Shown here: positions 56,363 through 64,000 of the stretch, piece by piece
Numbering within the stretch: position 1 is the stretch's first letter
Layout of the letters: the number at the start of each line of letters is the position of its first letter
Assembly (NCBI GenBank): GCA_964016885.1
Contig: OZ024748.1
Span: 56,916,001 to 56,980,000 of the forward strand
Source: Eledone cirrhosa
Lineage: Eukaryota
DNA length: 64,000 bases
Direction: 5' to 3'
The notes under the pieces: generated by a model
The model's input: the letters and a program-made list of their open reading frames with translations, nothing else
Told to the model about the DNA's origin: nothing
The model's database searches: none
Made by a program: the position numbers and the translations under genes

Positions 56363-56788
56363 TTTTTTTTTTTTTAACAGCAAACAATGCAAAAGTGTTC
56401 TCACGTACACTGAGATTAGTGTCCAGTAAGTGAAGCAGCATTTACCAGTATTTCGCATATATGCGAAGGCATGTGACTTTGTGGTTACAGCGTAGAATTA
56501 TGGTTACAGTAACGACCCCGGAACCCGGACTGGTTGGTGCGTTGTATTTTTATTAAATGTTTCTCCAGTTCACTCAGATGTAGATATGAGTGCCAATCTG
56601 GTGCCAAACTGTATTGGCCTTTTCTTTCGACAACATCGTTTCAGGAACAGAGCAGACTGAATAAGCCACTACTTGTGTTCCACAAAAATACCGTATTTCC
56701 CGGCGTTGTAGACGCTACTTTTTTTCCTAAAATATGTCTAAAAAATCTACCACACGTCCTGGTAGATTTTTTCAAATAATTGGTTGTC

Positions 56789-56848
<60 letters not shown>

Positions 56849-57057
56849 TATCATTAGTCGTAGTACAAATTAAAAGTTTAAACAATAAATTTCTACTTTC
56901 AACCTAAGCGGTATCATCTGAAACTGAGAAAAATCAATGCGTGTGTATATAGAGTTGGTTATCTGAAGCCTGACTTGTATCTATATATATATATACATAT
57001 ATATATGTGAGTGTGTGTGTATAGATATATTTTTCACATATAACTACTAGAAGATAT

Positions 57058-57235
57058 AATTGTTTCTACTTTTTGGCACAAGACCAGCAATTATCCCAGT
57101 GTATTACTGGTACTTTATTTTATCGACCCCGTAAGGATGAAAGGCAAAGTTAACCTCGGCGGGATTTGAACTCAGTCCGTAAAGGGACGTAACTGTGCTA
57201 CAAAGCATGGCGTTGGACCCTCTACCGATACTGCC
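57058..57235 (-). mobile_element. Young OK-like SINE
   Basis: Body match from 3' end to box A. Confidence 0.92.
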
Positions 57236-57469
57236 ATAATGCTATATAGTAGTCTCTAACGTTATGAAGGTATAATGGAGGGGGGGGGGCTGAAATAGTA
57301 TAGATATAAGAGAATATAAGAGAAATGTGAGGCCGCTCTTGGTGATGACGACGATGATGCTGTTGATAATGCTGTTAATGGTGATAATTATAATGTTGCT
57401 GCTGATGATCATGATGACGATGAGGATGGTGACAAATTATGTTACAAGAAGAAGAAGAAGAAGAAGAAG

Positions 57470-57502
<33 letters not shown>

Positions 57503-58134
57503 AACAACAACAACAACACTAACAGCAACCAACAACAATTAAAACAACAAAAACATGAACATCAATAGAAACGACAACGACTACAATAACAACAACAACA
57601 ACAACAAAAAACAACCGCAACAACAACTTCAACGATATTATCATTATCAACAACACACTAACGAAAAATAACAACAAAAAAACATTAACAACGAAAGAAG
57701 CAACAACAATAAGTACAACATCAACAATAACTAACCAGAGAAAGACATGATATTCATTCCAGTCACATCTGCTCTGTTTCCTCTCAAAGACGCCCTGACA
57801 TTGTGTTCCACATAACTTTGCTCTCACTCTATTTCTCGGTACATCCTAAATTCATTTTCCCCAACAAGAACACATTCCATCTTTTTATTTACGCGGCAGA
57901 TCCGTATTCCATCAATCAACATCAAAGACCAATGAAAACCTCAACACTAAAATCATTTCAAGTGAACCACTAAAGAAAAAAAAAAAGACAGAAGCACGAT
58001 TAAGATAGACCTAACCCACGCGAACAATACAGAAACACGTGCGTGTGCACACATATAGAAATATATTTGTAGGTTGGTGGGTTGAGTAGATTCACCTATG
58101 TATGAATATTATTGTGTGTATAGATTTAAGAAGA

Positions 58135-58310
58135 CCAGTATCGGTAGAGGTTCGGACGCCATGTTATCCAGCATAGTTTCGTCCCTTTACGATCTGAGTT
58201 CAAATCCCACCGAGGTTAACTTTCCCTTTCATCCTTACGGGGTTCATAAAATAAAGTATCAGTAATGTACTGTGAAATTGCTGGCCTTGTGCCCAAAGTA
58301 GAAACAATTA
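58135..58310 (+). mobile_element. Young OK-like SINE
   Basis: cagtatcggtagagg...gagttcaaatccc...ggccttgtgcccaaagtagaaacaatt. Confidence 0.9.
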
Positions 58311-58409
58311 TTTTGTGTTTAGAAGTAAACAAACAAAAGCAGACATATATTCATATACATGTATGTATATATATGTGATACATACATACATATAGATACA
58401 TATATATAT

Positions 58410-58500
58410 AAGACAAGAGTCAGGACCCCGCCAACGAGCTGCGGCCTTTTCGACAGCTACATCCGAACACATTGTTTCTGGTGATGTCATGGCACTGGGT
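58410..58500 (-). mobile_element. Diverged family B fragment (another at 28441-28492)
   Basis: gagtcaggacccc..gagct...tttcgacagcta.atccgaac matches 13254-13306. Confidence 0.6.
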
Positions 58501-58599
58501 ACACGGAATTGTGTGGCCACTGTCGTCATTGAAATATGTATCACAGCATTATCAATAAAAGACTTTAACATCTGAAACTACTTCGCATTTCCTCATCCC

Positions 58600-58677
<78 letters not shown>

Positions 58678-58714
58678 CTGTTGGCTTCACGCTCACAATA
58701 ATTTATATACTTTC

Positions 58715-58756
<42 letters not shown>

Positions 58757-58775
58757 TTATATATATATATATATA

Positions 58776-59389
58776 CTAGCAGTGGTACCCGGCGTTGCAA
58801 GGGATAAGGTATTTTGGAACGCGAGCCGCCAACAGAACTAATCGTGGAAAAACTGCATGCCTGGACATTATGTAAAGAAAATAAACCGAATACTCTGATG
58901 GTAGGATAATCTTTAAGATTTTACTCGATGAAGCAGGAAAAATGCAGGTTTTCACCTAATGCAGGCCCTAGGGGATGTGTATAATATGCCTTGAAATTTC
59001 AGGGGAAAATCGGCTAGACGTAACGCCTCAAAAGAGACCTAAAAAGCTGAAAAAAAATGAAGTTTTTCACCTAATGCGGGTCCTAGGCCATAAAAAAGTT
59101 GGATTTTCTTTACTCACGGTGTGAGGAAGAGAGTGACTAATGCATAGTTACAATTTCAAAGAAATCGGTCTGACGTAACGCCTCCAAAAACCCCTAAAAA
59201 CCTGAAAAAACCCAGTTTTTCACCTAATGCGGGCCCTAGGGGATGAAAAAGTGGAATATTTTATGTGCATAACACTCCCTGAAACATAAGTAATACACAT
59301 GTAAAGTTTGAAAAAAGTCAGTTGGGTATTTCTCGAATTTTAGGGATTCAAATTCACTGACACACACACACAGGCACGCACACACAGTC

Positions 59390-59420
<31 letters not shown>

Positions 59421-59712
59421 TCCTTAGGGAAGTGACAGTGACGTTATGCAGACAGATATTATAAGGGCGCGACGTTATATGTATGTATCTATCTAAAAAG
59501 GAAAGACTAAGAATTATAGAGAGAGATCGCTAAATCGCCTAATGCCGTCCCTAGGGCACGGAATATTGGAGATTTTCTTTCCTCAGAACACTCCCGGAAA
59601 CACAAGTATTACATGTGTAAAGTTTGAAAACAGTGGGTTGGGTGTTTCTCGAGTTTTAGGGATTCAATCTCACACACACACAGACAGAGATCCTCAGTTT
59701 TATATATATAGA
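58776..59712 (-). mobile_element. Non-autonomous Helitron
   Basis: Minus strand 5'-TC (59712-59711) ... subterminal hairpin (plus cccggcgttgcaaggg 58788-58803) ... CTAG-3' (58776-58779), inserted between A and T; internal repeats cacctaatgc...ccctagg. Confidence 0.85.
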
Positions 59713-59732
59713 TATATCTATATATCTATATA

Positions 59733-59849
<117 letters not shown>

Positions 59850-59854
59850 TTCTG

Positions 59855-60150
59855 CTTCACCCATTTATTTTGTGGAGGGTTGTAGAGGAAGAGTCCACCA
59901 AAACGCCTCCAGTGGGTCGTATCAGAAGCAGCTGTGTCCAACAGATCCGTCTGGATACCAACCATTTTGCTTGACATTCACCCCAGGATCTCCTGTCGTC
60001 TGGTTTTAGCCGTAAAATCTGTCCAGCGATTGTTTTCTTCATCATTCTAACCACATGTCCATGCATTCTATCGAGAAACGGTATTCCCAAAATCCTTAAG
60101 AGGAACCCTTTTTGCTCGCTTGTATTCATGATTGTTTTCTCTCGCTCATT
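59855..60150 (-). mobile_element. Decayed RTE-clade LINE 3' region
   Basis: EQKGFLLRILGIPFLDR..GHVVRM....[13 protein letters not shown] then frameshifted [13 protein letters not shown], resembling the RTE ORF C-terminus. Confidence 0.7.
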
Positions 60151-60388
60151 ACCCAAGATATTTGAACATAGGTAAGTGTAACCTCAAAAAACACATTGAG
60201 TATAGGGGCTTTGTCTGTTACACCTACATCCCTTCTTCAGATGTGTTTTTTTAGTGTGTATTGCTTTCGAATTCTGGTGAAGGAAATGTATACCTTCCAT
60301 CGAATTATAACTATACCACAAAAATGTAAAGCAGAGTAGGTGTTGGTGTCTTAACACTCTATAAAAAGAGAAGTGAACAACTTAATAA

Positions 60389-60585
60389 TTGGTTCTTATA
60401 TAGGCACAAAGCCAGCAATTTTGGGGGAGAGGAAAGTCGATTAAATCGACCCCAGTGCGTGACTGGTACTTTATTTTGTCAACACCGTAAGGATGAAAGT
60501 CAAAGTTAAACTCAGACGGATTTGAACTCAGATAATAAAGGGCCGTAACTCTATGCTGCAAAACATTGCGTCTGAACCTCTAACA
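60389..60585 (-). mobile_element. OK-like SINE, long subfamily
   Basis: Includes the gggggagaggaaagtcgattaaatcgacccc segment as at 11271 and 52660. Confidence 0.9.
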
Positions 60586-60797
60586 ACTAAGTAATCAGAG
60601 ATATTATTGGACATCTGTGATAATCATTATAAATCAAGTATTATTTATGTAAATATAAGTAAAATGTATTCGTCAACTACAAACTGGTATCGAACTAGAT
60701 TTGTCTGTTTCAAATCAAAACCTTATCTCGATGACGTTACGATTGTTGTATGAACAAGTATTTTACACACGCACGTGGGTATATATGAATATATATG

Positions 60798-60962
<165 letters not shown>

Positions 60963-60990
60963 TTATATATATATATATATATTTATGTAT

Positions 60991-61036
<46 letters not shown>

Positions 61037-61378
61037 ACATATATACATATATATATCTATATATATATATCACTATCGGTTTTTCCCTCGGCCCATCCTC
61101 ACTTTCAATTACACAGTTTATCTCTCGATCACACAAACATACCTCAAGACATTATTTCATTATTTCGATGATTCTATTAAATATTCAAACAACGAGAAAC
61201 TAAACTAATCGAAATGCGATTCAGTTGTACATATTAGACAACATCCTCACTGAAAATGTTCCACGTCTTCAAAAACACAAACCAATTTTCCTTTCATTTG
61301 TTTCTACATAATATTCATTCATTCATTTTGGCATATTGACGTTTAACTCCTATCTTCTTTATATACATAGATACATAT

Positions 61379-61413
<35 letters not shown>

Positions 61414-61414
61414 T

Positions 61415-61485
<71 letters not shown>

Positions 61486-61576
61486 GTACAACTGTATATA
61501 TACAAACTTATATATGTAAGTACCTATGTGTATGTATATAAAAAGATAAGAGCTTCATATATATATATATATACAT

Positions 61577-61649
<73 letters not shown>

Positions 61650-62037
61650 TATTGCTTTACATGGACTATTGCCGTTTCCTTAGCGCTCTTTACTGAAAAC
61701 AAGTCAAAAAGATATTAGTGAAGAGTTGCTTGCAAGGCTGGTTGATTTTTGAAGTTGCTTTTGTCTGGAAAACTCTGTTTTCAATTGTAAACTGAGACAG
61801 ACAAATTAAAAGAATAGAGAATACAAAAGGCAAACAGAGTATGATCACTAAAGCAATAAATAAATATATGATATAATTTGTTGTTGCCCTCTAAACTATT
61901 CTCTAATATATTTTGAACATATTCTGTTTCTAGGTTTGATTTTCCAAAATGATTTATCCTCTATATTGTTTTTATATTCAATTTCTACTGAAAATTGTCT
62001 ATTTGTGACATGATATATATATGTATAAAATATATAA

Positions 62038-62103
<66 letters not shown>

Positions 62104-62175
62104 GTATGATACATATTTATATATATACACACACACATATATTTATATATATATATATATTTATTTATGCATACA

Positions 62176-62223
<48 letters not shown>

Positions 62224-62694
62224 CATGTATGTATATATGTATGTATGTATATATATATGTATGTATATATGTATGTATATATGTATGTATATATGTATGT
62301 ATATATGTATGTATATACAATATGTATGGATATATATATATATAAATATATAATTGGTCATTAAACGTGATGCATATATGTGCGTGTTTATGCGTGAAAA
62401 ATATACAGGTATCTACGTTACATACGAATTTCCTTTAATAAGACGAAGTAAATTTCGTGTATCTGGTTTTCTATATGTTTAAACATTCACAGTAATCTAA
62501 TAAATGTATTATTGTCATACTGTCATCGATTTCACACCCACTCACACCATACACAAACAGACATATATGTATATATAAATATGTCCATACTGTCATTATG
62601 TTCATACATACACACAAATACTTATACAGAAACACACTCACACATATATATATATATATATATATTTATCAATCTATATACAAAGATCTCTCCC

Positions 62695-62725
<31 letters not shown>

Positions 62726-62856
62726 GTATATATATATATATATGTGTGTGTGTATTGAGAGAGATTGTCATATAAAGAGAAAGATAAAGAGTTTGTCATA
62801 TAAAGATAGATAGATAGATAAATAGATTGATTGATTGATATATATAGGTGTATAAA

Positions 62857-62921
<65 letters not shown>

Positions 62922-62969
62922 CAGTTATCCAAATGTGCAGTCTAAAGTAAGGCAGAACATAGAATAAAT

Positions 62970-63045
62970 CCCCCACCCCCCACGGGAATCGAACCATGTT
63001 TCTATCAGTTTCTGAACTACGATATTACTCATTATACCAAGTAGC
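62970..63045 (-). mobile_element. tRNA-derived SINE head or tRNA pseudogene
   Basis: Minus: box A-like TGGTATAATGAG and box B GGTTCGATTCC; no convincing cloverleaf. Confidence 0.5.
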
Positions 63046-63278
63046 ATTGGGATGGATTTGACAGTCTAATCAACAAATATCATTTCATTTCCACTGCCTG
63101 AGCATAAAACTTGTCTCTCCTTTGCTGTTGCATGAGAATTTCCGTAGCTCTTACTATCTGTTAGACTCTCTCTCCTTCTCTCTCTCACTCTCTCTCTCTC
63201 ACTCTCTCTCTCTCTCTATCTCTATCTCTCTCTGTATATACATATATATATATATATATATTGGGAAAACAGTGGTTC

Positions 63279-63369
63279 TAGAGAAAAGGTGAGATTGGAG
63301 CACGGAAAATATATTTAAGGGTCTGTTTTTCTTTAAATATATTTTCAGTGCTATTTCCAATCTCACCTT

Positions 63370-63375
<6 letters not shown>
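63279..63375. repeat. Short imperfect hairpin element within (TA)/(CT) repeats
   Basis: agagaaaaggtgagattgga.gcacggaaaatatatttaa vs ttaaatatattttcagtgc...tccaatctcacctttctct. Confidence 0.75.
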
Positions 63376-63444
<69 letters not shown>

Positions 63445-63538
63445 CTCACTCTCAAGCGTGAACCTAATGCTAACACTGTTTGTACTGCACTCTTCGTTAT
63501 TGTTTTTATGTTTTGTTTTTAACTGATATATATATATA

Positions 63539-63584
<46 letters not shown>

Positions 63585-64000
63585 CTATCGTTATTTTACA
63601 GCGTATATTTATGTGTGTGTTTAAAAGACCGATAAAATTTTCAAAGCCGTGCGGTAGAAAGTACGAAGCTCAAATGATGACAAATGAAACGATTCAAAAA
63701 TAAAATACTTTACCCAATGTGTTGTAGCATGATATTTCAGATGTAAAGCTGAAACAGTCCAAGCCTAAACAAAGAAGGGATTAGGATTTTCAGAATAATA
63801 TAAAAAATATGGCGACGACAAGAAAATGAAAGATTAGAGACTGTCCCATCTCACCAGTCGACCGCTAGAGATGTGTTCTTATAGATGGGACGTTGTTATA
63901 TATGTTTTGACCTGACAGGCACTCTTGCTTTATTTAACGAAGCTTTCATTTTGTACTGTGTGAATATTTTTAACATACGTTTTCTGCTAGAAAAGAATGA

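Noticed and set aside
62970-63045. Functional tRNA gene
   Set aside because: Boxes A/B are present but acceptor and anticodon stems do not pair; kept only as a SINE head or pseudogene.

Overview
AT-rich animal genomic DNA, saturated with microsatellites and apparently intergenic or deep intronic. The dominant tRNA-derived SINEs resemble octopod cephalopod OK/OR-type SINEs; this taxon call is inference from recognition. No intact protein-coding gene is supportable: nearly all listed ORFs are translations of (TA)n, (CA)n or trinucleotide repeats. The recognisable coding remnants are all retroelements: a Penelope-like element (PLE) GIY-YIG endonuclease C-terminus flanked by ~310-bp inverted pseudo-LTRs (28527-30254), a Dong/R4 restriction-like endonuclease fragment in (TAA)n, and two RTE 3' ends. 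There is also a canonical non-autonomous Helitron, three mariner-like MITEs and more than 15 SINE copies. The main unexplained structure is a set of at least six families of short, mostly palindromic (fold-back) elements, nearly all sitting in (TA)n tracts. They carry hammerhead-ribozyme (HHR) motifs (CUGANGA / stem II / GAAA / stem III / UH), and stem II covaries between family A copies. Most families share a TACTC...GAGTR hairpin at the start of an unpaired 3' tail, right where the inverted arm stops. In some families the fold-back axis lies exactly on the ribozyme stem-II loop. These look like a microsatellite-targeted, PLE-mobilised, ribozyme-bearing non-autonomous retroelement system. All alignments and folds were done by eye.
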